DNA of 32,000 nt. Source: Promethearchaeum syntrophicum. GTDB lineage: Archaea; Asgardarchaeota; Lokiarchaeia; Sigyniarchaeales; Promethearchaeaceae. Below are positions 20,420 through 29,250 of this stretch, one piece after another. The number at the start of each line of letters is the position of its first letter. The first letter of the stretch is position 1. The stretch covers positions 2,520,001 to 2,552,000 of the forward strand of contig NZ_CP042905.2 in the NCBI RefSeq assembly GCF_008000775.2, written 5' to 3'. The notes beneath the pieces were generated by a model. The model was given only the letters and a program-made list of their open reading frames with translations, was not told the origin of the DNA and made no database searches. A program made the translations under genes and the position numbers.

Positions 20420-21442
20420 TTAATCTTGAAATCTTCTTAAAATATGTTTCACATTTGTTGAAGTAAAAACACCGTTTCGTTTTAAATCTTTAAGAATCTC
20501 TTTAACTACGAGCATTCTACTTTCCTTATTATTCATCTGTTCAGTTTTTGTATAATTGAGGGTGTGATCAAATATTTCTGCAATATTTTCAGAACTAAGG
20601 ATTTTATACTGAGGATCAATTTTAGGTGGGTTCCAATCTTCCATAATTCTATCTTTAATCAATTTTTCATATTTATTATTTATTTCAAACCCAATTCCCA
20701 TTCTATTGGTCAAGCGAGTCATTTTTAAAGTGGTTCCAGATCCTAAAAAGGGATCTAAAACCGTTTCTCCTTCAATTGTATGCATCTTTATAAGTCGATA
20801 GGGGATATCTTCTGGAAATGGAGCACTATGCCCAAATTTATTTTCTCCTTTTGAATTTATTTTAATTATAGGTGAAATATCATCCCAAATCATCCTAACT
20901 GCCCAATGTCGCCATTCATCTTTTGATAATTTTGACTTTGAAAGCAACTTCTTATCTTCAATTTTTCTCGTTTTACCAGGTTTAACAAATGTAAATATTT
21001 GCTCGAAAGCAGTGTTGACGGCAATATTCGTCGGTTTTGGATAAGATCCCCACGATACGTTGTTAATATATGGAGCTTTATTCCAATAAACCATTCCACT
21101 TAGAAATAATCCTTCTTGGAACATGAATTTCTCAATTTCAAACATAATATTTTTAATTATTCTCCTATTAAAACCTGATTTTTCAGCAGAAATTGGTAAG
21201 GGTTGCACATTTATTGAAATTTTCCCGTTAGGTTGTAAAACACGAATACATTCCTTCCAAACTCGGTTCAAAGCATCAATATATTCTTGATATGATTGAT
21301 TAAAACCGATTTGAGTAGAACCATAATCTCTTACATTCCAATAGGGAGGAGAAGTAACGACAAGGGTAACAGACTCATTTGGGATTTGCTGCATGTTTTC
21401 CGATGATGAAAAATACACTTTTTGTTTCTGAAATGTAAACAT
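20420..21442 (-). CDS. Site-specific DNA methyltransferase, beta class, probably N4-cytosine
   Basis: Catalytic motif IV TSPPYWNVRDYG precedes SAM motif I DPFLGSGTT (beta-class order). SPPYW favours m4C chemistry. Confidence 0.9.
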   Translation of the reverse strand: MFTFQKQKVYFSSSENMQQIPNESVTLVVTSPPYWNVRDYGSTQIGFNQSYQEYIDALNRVWKECIRVLQPNGKISINVQPLPISAEKSGFNRRIIKNIMFEIEKFMFQEGLFLSGMVYWNKAPYINNVSWGSYPKPTNIAVNTAFEQIFTFVKPGKTRKIEDKKLLSKSKLSKDEWRHWAVRMIWDDISPIIKINSKGENKFGHSAPFPEDIPYRLIKMHTIEGETVLDPFLGSGTTLKMTRLTNRMGIGFEINNKYEKLIKDRIMEDWNPPKIDPQYKILSSENIAEIFDHTLNYTKTEQMNNKESRMLVVKEILKDLKRNGVFTSTNVKHILRRFQD

Positions 21443-21559
21443 TTTTTCCTACAATTTTTAAAATAACCTTTAGTCAAATAAGTTTTTTAGTAAATAAATC
21501 AATATTAAAATATTATTTCCAAAAGAAATTCTAAATCGTAAATATGTTGGGTAAATTTC

Positions 21560-22303
21560 ATGCGAAAATTCTCAGAGGATCCTAATATTAAACCCGCAGA
21601 TATTCGGAAAGAAAAAATATTTGTAGCTATTATTACGGCGTTATTTTTAATTTATGTTTTAATTTGGAGTTTAGTCTATTCTTTTTCTGATGCGATGGCA
21701 ATTATGGGATTAGCCTTCTTTATTTTAGTGCCCGCTCTTGGTACTAATGGAATGATGGTTTTGTGTGGGAAAATCGGCAAAATCCCACGCTTTCCAATTG
21801 ACAATGGTAAAACATTCAAAGATGGGGAGCGAATTTTCGGAGATGGCAAATCTTGGAACGGGTTTATCGGCGGATGGCTTACGGGATTTTTAATTTCGGC
21901 TGCAATTTGTTGGTTTTTCTTTCTCAAAATCGCTGAAGCTGAAATGTATTCTGGATTTAAATTCATTGATTATGATTACATAAGGAATTTTATAAAACAT
22001 GTAATGAATCCTGATGGAACAATTCGTACATCATATTGGTTAAGTCAATGTTTTATTGCCTTAGGTTCTCCAATTGGCGATTTAATTGGGAGTTTCTTTA
22101 AACGTAGAAAAAAGGTTAAACGTGGCGAAGTTTATCTTTTCTGGGATCAAAACGATTTTGTTATTGTTTCTTCCTTAATTGCGTGCATTTGGTTTCCATA
22201 CCATTGGTATTTCTGGATTTTTGTGTTATTGATAACCCCAATACTAACCGCACTCGCAAATTGGGTAGGATACATAATAGGAAAAAAAGATGTACCTTGG
22301 TAA
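21560..22303 (+). CDS. carS: CDP-2,3-bis-(O-geranylgeranyl)-sn-glycerol synthase (CDP-archaeol synthase)
   Basis: Multi-TM protein with LVPALGTNGMMVLCGKIGKIPRFPIDNGKTFKDGERIFGDGKSWNGFIGG...GSPIGDLIGSFFKRR and C-terminus ANWVGYIIGKKDVPW. Confidence 0.93.
   Translation: MRKFSEDPNIKPADIRKEKIFVAIITALFLIYVLIWSLVYSFSDAMAIMGLAFFILVPALGTNGMMVLCGKIGKIPRFPIDNGKTFKDGERIFGDGKSWNGFIGGWLTGFLISAAICWFFFLKIAEAEMYSGFKFIDYDYIRNFIKHVMNPDGTIRTSYWLSQCFIALGSPIGDLIGSFFKRRKKVKRGEVYLFWDQNDFVIVSSLIACIWFPYHWYFWIFVLLITPILTALANWVGYIIGKKDVPW
22258..22303 (+). repeat. Direct repeat, copy 1 (functional 3' end of carS including stop codon)
   Basis: aaattgggtaggatacataataggaaaaaaagatgtaccttggtaa; 40/46 identical, gap-free, to 25126-25171. 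Confidence 0.92.
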
Positions 22304-22399
22304 TTCTTCTCAATTGATGGATTTATATAATTGTCTCATTAGTATAATGAACAATATTTAATTTTCTACTTAAATTGAATTTAAGAATTTTCCTAGAAC

Positions 22400-22409
22400 T
22401 TTTTATATC
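22400..22409 (+). promoter_or_regulatory. Candidate archaeal TATA box for the ATPase/nuclease module
   Basis: ttttatatca centred roughly 26 nt upstream of the ATG at 22430, compatible with a leaderless transcript. AT-rich background makes this weak. Confidence 0.3.
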
Positions 22410-22429
22410 AATTTATTTATATAAAGTAT

Positions 22430-24106
22430 ATGTTAGACGAAATAGGAATTGAGTATTTTAAAGGAATAAGACAGCTTGAAAAGCTTAAAATAAAACCAAT
22501 TACCTTATTTTGTGGGAAAAATAGTTCAGGAAAAACATCTATTTTGGAATCAATTCTTTTATTAAAGCAATCTTCAGAAAAAGCCCAATATTTTAAGAAA
22601 TTAATACTAAATGGAAAATACGTTCGATTAGGCGCCTTCAAAGATATATCATGGAATAACGATGAAGATGGAAAAATAATATTTAATTTTAAATTACGAA
22701 ATTTAGGGTGGAACAAAAGAAAGAAAAAAGATAGTGAATTTAGTGTTTTAAATTTAAAATTTCAAAGAAAAGATAATAAAACACTTTTTGATGATGTTAC
22801 ACTAAATCAAATTTTCCTAAAAATTAATGAAAAAGATGGAATTAAATCTATCAATATTGATACAAGTAACCCTAATAAAACTATCCTTAAATGGGATATA
22901 GGTAAGAATTTCCTCCTTGATATATCAAAACATCAAGGACAAATCAATTACCATGAAGAATATACGGAAAATTATTTTCAAGGTTTTCATGAATTCGAAG
23001 ATGCAATTATTTTCATTCGTAGAAAAAAATTAAAAATTGACGATCAACAATATTATCAAATAACCCAAAAGAAATATCATCTGTTAATAGAAAATAAGGA
23101 GAAATTCAAAAGCATTATTAAACAATTTCCAAATATTGAAGAAGAGCATATAAAAGATACAATATTTGAATTAAAAAATTTAGTAAAAGAAAGAACCCTT
23201 ACTGGTCGAATTAGATTTAGCCTTGACAAATTAGAAGAACAAATTAATTTAAAGAAATTGTTAGATAAAAAAACCATAAAACTGTATAAAAATATTTTAG
23301 ATAATATTGATGAGGAATTGATGAGTGATATCAATGATTTCTTTTATGAAATCTCAAGCGCAATTAATAAATTATCAAAAACCTTAAACAAAATATCATT
23401 CATTGGACCCCTCAGAGAAGAACCTTCATTAAGATATACTTGCGAAGACCAAAAACTTGAGATTGGAAATAGAGGTGAAAACGCTCCACTAATTTTTGAA
23501 AGTGAAAAAACACTGAAAACTAAAGAATTCTTTTTAATGGAACAAGGAAGGTTTAAAAAGCTTAGAAATAAAAAATTTTCCGAGATATGGAATCTTTGGT
23601 CAAAATACTTTAATTTTGGATTATTAAATTCAAAATCCACTTCAGATTCAATGTTTAGATTTAGAATTGATGAACACAATTTAAAACATGTTGGATTTGG
23701 AATAAGTCAAGTATTTCCAATATTAATCGAAGGTGTTAGAATTGAAAAAGGCGATACTCTAATTTTAGAACAACCTGAAATTCATCTCCACCCCGATTTA
23801 CAAATGCGGTTAGCAGATTTCTTTATAAGCATGGGTATTTCAGGTAGAAATACAATTATTGAGACCCATAGTGAACACATTATTAATCGAATTGTTCGTC
23901 GAGTTGTAGAGGATAATACTCATAAACTCATAGACCTTATTGCAGTTTATTTTGTAAATATGGGAAAAAACGGACTTGAAATTGAGGAAATAAAGATTGA
24001 TCATAAAGGAATCGTCAATTGGCCAAAAGGATTTTTTGATGAAGCAATGAGGGAACAATCTGCAATAATAAAAAAAATAAGAGAAAATAAAAATAAAGAG
24101 GAATGA
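22430..24106 (+). CDS. AAA/ABC-type ATPase with C-terminal DUF3696-like segment (OLD/SMC-like)
   Basis: Walker A FCGKNSSGKTSILESI, Walker B DTLILEQPEIHLHPDLQ, THSEHIINRI, and terminal KGIVNWPKGFFDEAM. Internal region between the ATPase halves is lysine-rich and helical. Confidence 0.88.
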   Translation: MLDEIGIEYFKGIRQLEKLKIKPITLFCGKNSSGKTSILESILLLKQSSEKAQYFKKLILNGKYVRLGAFKDISWNNDEDGKIIFNFKLRNLGWNKRKKKDSEFSVLNLKFQRKDNKTLFDDVTLNQIFLKINEKDGIKSINIDTSNPNKTILKWDIGKNFLLDISKHQGQINYHEEYTENYFQGFHEFEDAIIFIRRKKLKIDDQQYYQITQKKYHLLIENKEKFKSIIKQFPNIEEEHIKDTIFELKNLVKERTLTGRIRFSLDKLEEQINLKKLLDKKTIKLYKNILDNIDEELMSDINDFFYEISSAINKLSKTLNKISFIGPLREEPSLRYTCEDQKLEIGNRGENAPLIFESEKTLKTKEFFLMEQGRFKKLRNKKFSEIWNLWSKYFNFGLLNSKSTSDSMFRFRIDEHNLKHVGFGISQVFPILIEGVRIEKGDTLILEQPEIHLHPDLQMRLADFFISMGISGRNTIIETHSEHIINRIVRRVVEDNTHKLIDLIAVYFVNMGKNGLEIEEIKIDHKGIVNWPKGFFDEAMREQSAIIKKIRENKNKEE

Positions 24107-24110
24107 CAAG

Positions 24111-25091
24111 TTGATTAAAGCCATCGCAATTCCTGGATTTTTTGATATTGATTCGAATGCATTTCTTGAAGAATGGGGTGATTGGATAAATGAATTCGAA
24201 ATAAAAATTGATATTCCATTAGAAAATTATAACAATCTTTTTAAAATGTTATATGAAGAGGAACCAAGTCATAAAATTGGAATAATGACACAAGTCTTAG
24301 CAAAAATATTTAGAAATTTAAGCTGTAAAAATCATCAGTTGAAACCGTGTGACTTTTCTTTAAGAGTTTCTTTGAAAAATGATTTTCTTGAGTTCATTCA
24401 TGGATTTTTACATAAAAATAATGATGAACCATTCATTTTACTCTTATCTCACCTTGAATGTGGAGATTTAAATACTACTTATTCTTGTGCGTGTTCAAGT
24501 TTAAAACCTTGTACCAAAATACGAATAATTCAAAATATTGACGATTTAAAATCGGAATTAGTAAATTTATGGAATATCCAAGTACATTTAGCTATTGAAA
24601 GAACACCCCCTTCAAGAAGAGGAAGAACTGAAGATTTAAAGTATTATTCAAAAATCTTCTTGAAATTCTTAAATAATAATGAATTAAATCTTCATTACAA
24701 ATATTTAAAAAACGTTGAAGCTTTGTCTGATGAAGATATACTTAAAGAGATGCTAAACCTTGGAATAAGCGAGACACATAGAGTAGATTTAGTAACAATC
24801 CATTCAAATCAAGAAATGATTTTCATTGAAGCAAAAAGTGATTCAAGTTTTGATTCTCTTAAAGATAAATTTCGTTGTACAAAAAATTTTATTGAAAAGT
24901 ATAAAAATGATTCATTTCCTACATTAAAAGCAATCGGAGTTATTCATAACGATCATTTCATTCCTAAGAAATCTCATTCCTGTAAAAATGGAATTCTTTA
25001 TAAAAAAATTTCAACTAAACAAGAAAAAATGGTAGATTCTCATAATATCCCTTGGCATATGTTTAACGAACGAAATTTAAGGAAAAATTAA
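24111..25091 (+). CDS. Putative PD-(D/E)XK-type nuclease partner of the ATPase
   Basis: 326 aa ORF, TTG start 5 nt after the ATPase stop. SETHRVDLVTIHSNQEMIFIEAKSD fits D-Xn-ExK. Also a Cys cluster C-GDLNTTYSCACSSLKPC. Confidence 0.6.
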   Translation: MIKAIAIPGFFDIDSNAFLEEWGDWINEFEIKIDIPLENYNNLFKMLYEEEPSHKIGIMTQVLAKIFRNLSCKNHQLKPCDFSLRVSLKNDFLEFIHGFLHKNNDEPFILLLSHLECGDLNTTYSCACSSLKPCTKIRIIQNIDDLKSELVNLWNIQVHLAIERTPPSRRGRTEDLKYYSKIFLKFLNNNELNLHYKYLKNVEALSDEDILKEMLNLGISETHRVDLVTIHSNQEMIFIEAKSDSSFDSLKDKFRCTKNFIEKYKNDSFPTLKAIGVIHNDHFIPKKSHSCKNGILYKKISTKQEKMVDSHNIPWHMFNERNLRKN

Positions 25092-25125
25092 AAAACCTTT
25101 ATTGCAATTTTTTCGATCAATAATA

Positions 25126-25171
25126 AAATTGGGTAGGATACATAATTGGAAAAAAAGAGGTCCCATGATAG
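25126..25171 (+). repeat. Direct repeat, copy 2 (detached remnant of a carS 3' end)
   Basis: aaattgggtaggatacataattggaaaaaaagaggtcccatgatag; encodes NWVGYIIGKKEVP-stop with no upstream carS body. 2868 bp from copy 1. Confidence 0.9.
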
Positions 25172-25175
25172 TTTT

Positions 25176-25691
25176 CTAAGAGTCTGATTTACAATAAGGG
25201 CATATTTCTTGAGAGGCTTTTATTTCAGACCCACAAAACGGACAATATTGCCTCTGAACATCGGTATCTGGATTATTTAATATATTATCAAATCTTTGAG
25301 CAATTTCCAGATATTCTGGGGTTTTTCGATTTTGAAATTTTACGTGGTCGATGTTCATGCTTTCTGCCCATTTTTTCATAATTTCATCAGGAAATTTCCA
25401 AACAGCCCCTTTCCCAAGAATACTAAATTTAACCTCAACTAAAACTAAGGTAGTCTTTTCATCTGGAAGATACCCAAATTTAAGCTTGAAAGTTTGACCA
25501 CTTGATGTTCCATAAATTTTCATGGTAATTCCATGTTTAAAAACAAAAACACGGAGTAAATCATTAGCAGAACTCTTTTGTTCAATTATTTCTCCATTTC
25601 TACTTTCCCAAAACATTGAATTTTTCGACCAAATTTCATCTATATCCAAATTCAATACATAAAATCCATATTTTTTCGGCATTTTTTCCAC
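25176..25691 (-). CDS. Hypothetical protein with C-terminal zinc ribbon
   Basis: 171 aa ORF ending QRQYCPFCGSEIKASQEICPYCKSD-like double CxxC. Confidence 0.7.
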   Translation of the reverse strand: MEKMPKKYGFYVLNLDIDEIWSKNSMFWESRNGEIIEQKSSANDLLRVFVFKHGITMKIYGTSSGQTFKLKFGYLPDEKTTLVLVEVKFSILGKGAVWKFPDEIMKKWAESMNIDHVKFQNRKTPEYLEIAQRFDNILNNPDTDVQRQYCPFCGSEIKASQEICPYCKSDS

Positions 25692-25789
25692 TTGTGAAAC
25701 TAATATTTTTTATTTCTTATTAGTTTCAAATCTTACAACTAAGTATAAATATTTAATTTTTCAATAGACCATTTTTTGTCTGGACTAAA

Positions 25790-27376
25790 TTATTTCTTCA
25801 AATTTTTGAAATAAAACCAATGTAAACTCTCAAGATTAGATTCTTCAAATTCTGAAAATTCACCTGAAAACACAAGTTCATTGTTTATCGCTAACTTATT
25901 GGCTTTTTGGATATATTTTTCATAATCCATTGCTCTATCTCTCTTTTCTTGTGCTATATCGTGGTTTTCTAAATCCGAATTAAAAATTTCAAGCAATGAG
26001 AGATCCCCAATCAGATCATGGTCTTCTTCTTTCTCATATTTTATATGAGTCCATTCGCCAGTAACTAAATTAAATTCGTAAGAAGATATTAAAAGATATC
26101 CATATTTCGCAATAAAATCTATTGCATTACAAATATAATCGATATCAATCTCCGAAAGAATATAGTGGAGATTGAAATACACCCAGCCGGGATTTATGCC
26201 TCTATATCCCTGTTTAAGTTCGAATTCGAGTAAAGTAAGATCTATTTTATCGGGGACTGTTATATCTTGCTCATAAAAATCGCCATATTGCTTTATACTT
26301 GCTTGTATTCCAAATAAATCGTTAAGCAATTTCGCAATAAAACCTTGATGTAGATATTTTTCCTTATACTTAATCATAATCGAAAAAAAAGGTATTTTAC
26401 TACCCTTGATTTCATTTTTCAATATTAAAATTCGATCATTTTTAGATAGACGATTGTATGCTTTTTTAAAATACAATTCTTCAGTTTTTACAATTTCATC
26501 GTACAAAGTAGTTTGAGTTGAGATTGCTAGTGCAGCTTTTAATATTGGAAATATTGAATTGGGAGTTAATTTTGTGTTTTTTGGTGAATTTGACCTTGAA
26601 ATTATGACATCTGGTTTAATCACCAACATTCCTGTTGAATTTAAACCTCCAATAAAATTAGAGCCGTTCACGAAAAGGGCATCAACAGATTCTTCTATTT
26701 GAACATAGGGTGCGAAAGAACTATAATCTATATATGAAAACGCATCATATTTATGCAAAATATTTGTTAAACTTAGAATTGAATATTTCTTTCCACTGAT
26801 TTCTGATCCCGCACTGAAAATCCCGACTTTTAATTTTCCTTTATATTTTTTACTTGATAATTTGGCTTCCAAATCTTTAAGGTCAATATCTCCATTCGGT
26901 ATTAATTTAATTTCAACAATTTCAGCGAAGCTATTATCCCAAATGTCTTTATACATCTGTTTTTCAAAAGGGCCAATAAAAAATGTTGGTTTCTCAGAAT
27001 AGAGTTGATTTTGTTCAGGAGAATTCCGAATCCCAATAATTTCTTGGAATTTTTGAATAGAATCGCTAAGATTAATTCCTGTCGGAACAATTAAACAATC
27101 ATCATCAGCATTAAATACTGATTTAATTATATATTCAGCTTGTTGTAGCAATTTTAATAGAATTTTTTCAGTTATATTTCCAGAATTCATAGATATTGCA
27201 TGAATCTTCTGAATTCGTTGTAAGTAACTTTCAATAAAACGCAAACCACTTCCAGAAGAACTATAATCTGTATAAATTAAGGTACGTTTACCAAAAGGAG
27301 TTTCAAATGTTAAATTTCTACCTATAATTTGATTTCGAATAAAATCAAGATTAATTTTTTCCTTCACACTAATCAC
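25790..27376 (-). CDS. Class V aminotransferase-fold (SufS/CsdA-like) protein, probably catalytically degenerate
   Basis: YTDYSSSGSGLRFIESYLQRI, SYIDYSSFAPYVQIE, LFVNGSNFIGGLNSTGMLVIK, YLHQGFIAKLLNDLFGIQ, GYRGINPGWVYFNLHYILSE, NLVTGEWTH. Confidence 0.82.
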   Translation of the reverse strand: MISVKEKINLDFIRNQIIGRNLTFETPFGKRTLIYTDYSSSGSGLRFIESYLQRIQKIHAISMNSGNITEKILLKLLQQAEYIIKSVFNADDDCLIVPTGINLSDSIQKFQEIIGIRNSPEQNQLYSEKPTFFIGPFEKQMYKDIWDNSFAEIVEIKLIPNGDIDLKDLEAKLSSKKYKGKLKVGIFSAGSEISGKKYSILSLTNILHKYDAFSYIDYSSFAPYVQIEESVDALFVNGSNFIGGLNSTGMLVIKPDVIISRSNSPKNTKLTPNSIFPILKAALAISTQTTLYDEIVKTEELYFKKAYNRLSKNDRILILKNEIKGSKIPFFSIMIKYKEKYLHQGFIAKLLNDLFGIQASIKQYGDFYEQDITVPDKIDLTLLEFELKQGYRGINPGWVYFNLHYILSEIDIDYICNAIDFIAKYGYLLISSYEFNLVTGEWTHIKYEKEEDHDLIGDLSLLEIFNSDLENHDIAQEKRDRAMDYEKYIQKANKLAINNELVFSGEFSEFEESNLESLHWFYFKNLKK

Positions 27377-27444
27377 AAATATATTTTTAACTAGGCTTTT
27401 AGAACTTTAAAACATTCATCAAGTTTATAATTGTAAAAAAAAAT

Positions 27445-29250
27445 CTATTTAGTGGTTTTTATTTTGTCAATGAATTCATAAGATTGATGCATGAAGTAAG
27501 TTTGATAAAGTTTAGCATAATAGCCATTTTTCTCCATTAGATTATCATGGTTACCTTCTTCAACTATTTGTCCATGATCTAAAACGATAATTCGATCAAC
27601 ATGACGTACTGTTCTCAATCTATGGGCAATGATTATAGAGGTTCTTCCTTCCATAAGTTTTTCAGTGGCTTCCACAATCTTTGTTTCGGTAAATGGATCC
27701 ACTGAAGCAGTTGCTTCATCTAAAATTAATATAGATGGATTTTGTAGAAGTACCCGAGCGAAAACAACAAGTTGTCGTTGACCCATAGATAATAATTTCC
27801 CACGCTCACGTATATCTGTTTCAATACCTTTAGGAAGAGCATCAATCCAATCTTTCCCACCGGCTTGATCTAAAGCCCATAATATCTCTTCTCTGGTTTT
27901 ATTTTCTGATCCATACCGAACATTATTTTCCAAAGTGTCAGCCCAAAGAAAAGCGGTTTGGGGAATAAATCCCACCTTTTTTCTATATGATTCAAGATTG
28001 ACTTTTCGGATATTATTATCATCAACAATAATATCACCTGATTGAAAATTATAAAATCTCAGTAGTAAACGAGCAAGGCTTGATTTCCCTGCCCCCGTAT
28101 GTCCTACAATTGCAACAGATTCACCTGGATTAATGTCCAGATTAAAATTTTTAAATATTGGTTTCTCGGACTGATAATAGAAATTTAAATCCTTAATTTG
28201 AATTTTTCCTTTTAGTTTCTCGATTTTAATATCATTCTCTTGAACAACCAATGGAGTGCTGTCAATTAAAGTAAAACTTCGTTCTACTGCAGCCATTCCG
28301 GTTTGAAATTGTGGCCAAAATGAAGCTATACTAAAAAAGGGAAAGAATAGAGAGGCCAAGCTTGTTGTGAATAATACAATATCTGCACCTGAATTTGTTC
28401 CCCCTAAAATGAAAGTTCCACCAAAATAGGTAACAAGAGTTAGAGTAATTCCTTGTATCATATTTAAACCTGGAAACATGAGATTCAAGTAGTAGGCTCG
28501 ATTGCGATTAATTATATAAGATTGCTTATTTACTTTCTTAAATTTACTATATAGCTTATCTTCTTGTCGAAAAGTTTTTGCAATTTGAATTCCAGCCATC
28601 GTTTCTTGTACAAAAGCGTTAACAGTTGCTAAGATACGTTGCCCTTGTAAAGCTTTTTTTCTAGCGATCTTACGAAATGAAAGTGTGAATACAAATATTA
28701 CAGGTATCATCAATGAAAAAATTCCGGATAGTTTAAGATTGATAGATAATAAGGGAATAAATATTACTATTATCGCAAAAAGCGATGCTGCGGCTTGCAT
28801 GAAAATATTACTCATCTCACCAAAAGATTGTGTGTCGGAATTTATCCTGCTAACTATTTTCCCAGTTGGATACTTATCAAAAAATGACATATCCTGCATT
28901 AAAACATTTTGATTAACATCCTCTCTTAAATCATATACAACTTTGTTGACAACTCGCGCTGTATAAATCTGATTGATAAAATTAAATATATATCCAAGAA
29001 AATTTAGCAGAAAAATCGATAAAATAACCAATATCAATGTAGAAAGATTACTTTCTAATTCTAATAAACTTATAACTCTACTTGTTAAGAAAGGAATTGA
29101 TCCGCTAACCATAGAAGAAAGTGCTGTTATAATAATAACTATCATCATGGATTTTTTATATTTCCCAAAATACTTTGAAATTCGCGTTAATAAGTCCTTA
29201 TCAGAATAATTACGATCATATTCTTCAGCATCTAACCCAAAATAAACCAT
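27445..29250 (-). CDS. ABC exporter half-transporter (TMD-NBD), consensus Walker B
   Basis: Walker A GHTGAGKSSLARLL, signature LLSMGQRQL, Walker B ILILDEATASVD, IIAHRLRTV, N-terminal TM helices. Confidence 0.93.
   Translation of the reverse strand: MVYFGLDAEEYDRNYSDKDLLTRISKYFGKYKKSMMIVIIITALSSMVSGSIPFLTSRVISLLELESNLSTLILVILSIFLLNFLGYIFNFINQIYTARVVNKVVYDLREDVNQNVLMQDMSFFDKYPTGKIVSRINSDTQSFGEMSNIFMQAAASLFAIIVIFIPLLSINLKLSGIFSLMIPVIFVFTLSFRKIARKKALQGQRILATVNAFVQETMAGIQIAKTFRQEDKLYSKFKKVNKQSYIINRNRAYYLNLMFPGLNMIQGITLTLVTYFGGTFILGGTNSGADIVLFTTSLASLFFPFFSIASFWPQFQTGMAAVERSFTLIDSTPLVVQENDIKIEKLKGKIQIKDLNFYYQSEKPIFKNFNLDINPGESVAIVGHTGAGKSSLARLLLRFYNFQSGDIIVDDNNIRKVNLESYRKKVGFIPQTAFLWADTLENNVRYGSENKTREEILWALDQAGGKDWIDALPKGIETDIRERGKLLSMGQRQLVVFARVLLQNPSILILDEATASVDPFTETKIVEATEKLMEGRTSIIIAHRLRTVRHVDRIIVLDHGQIVEEGNHDNLMEKNGYYAKLYQTYFMHQSYEFIDKIKTTK

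Noticed and set aside
20890-21099. Antisense ORF inside the DNA methyltransferase gene; similar overlapping track ORFs at 732, 1299, 1523, 2581, 2936, 3399, 7813, 9209, 11100, 12484, 12923, 12966, 14533, 19242, 21676, 22417, 23077, 23344, 23840, 26902, 28685, 28973, 30011 and 30479
   Set aside because: Each overlaps a much better supported gene on the opposite strand or lies at gene edges, with low-complexity or composition-artefact translations and no recognisable motif.
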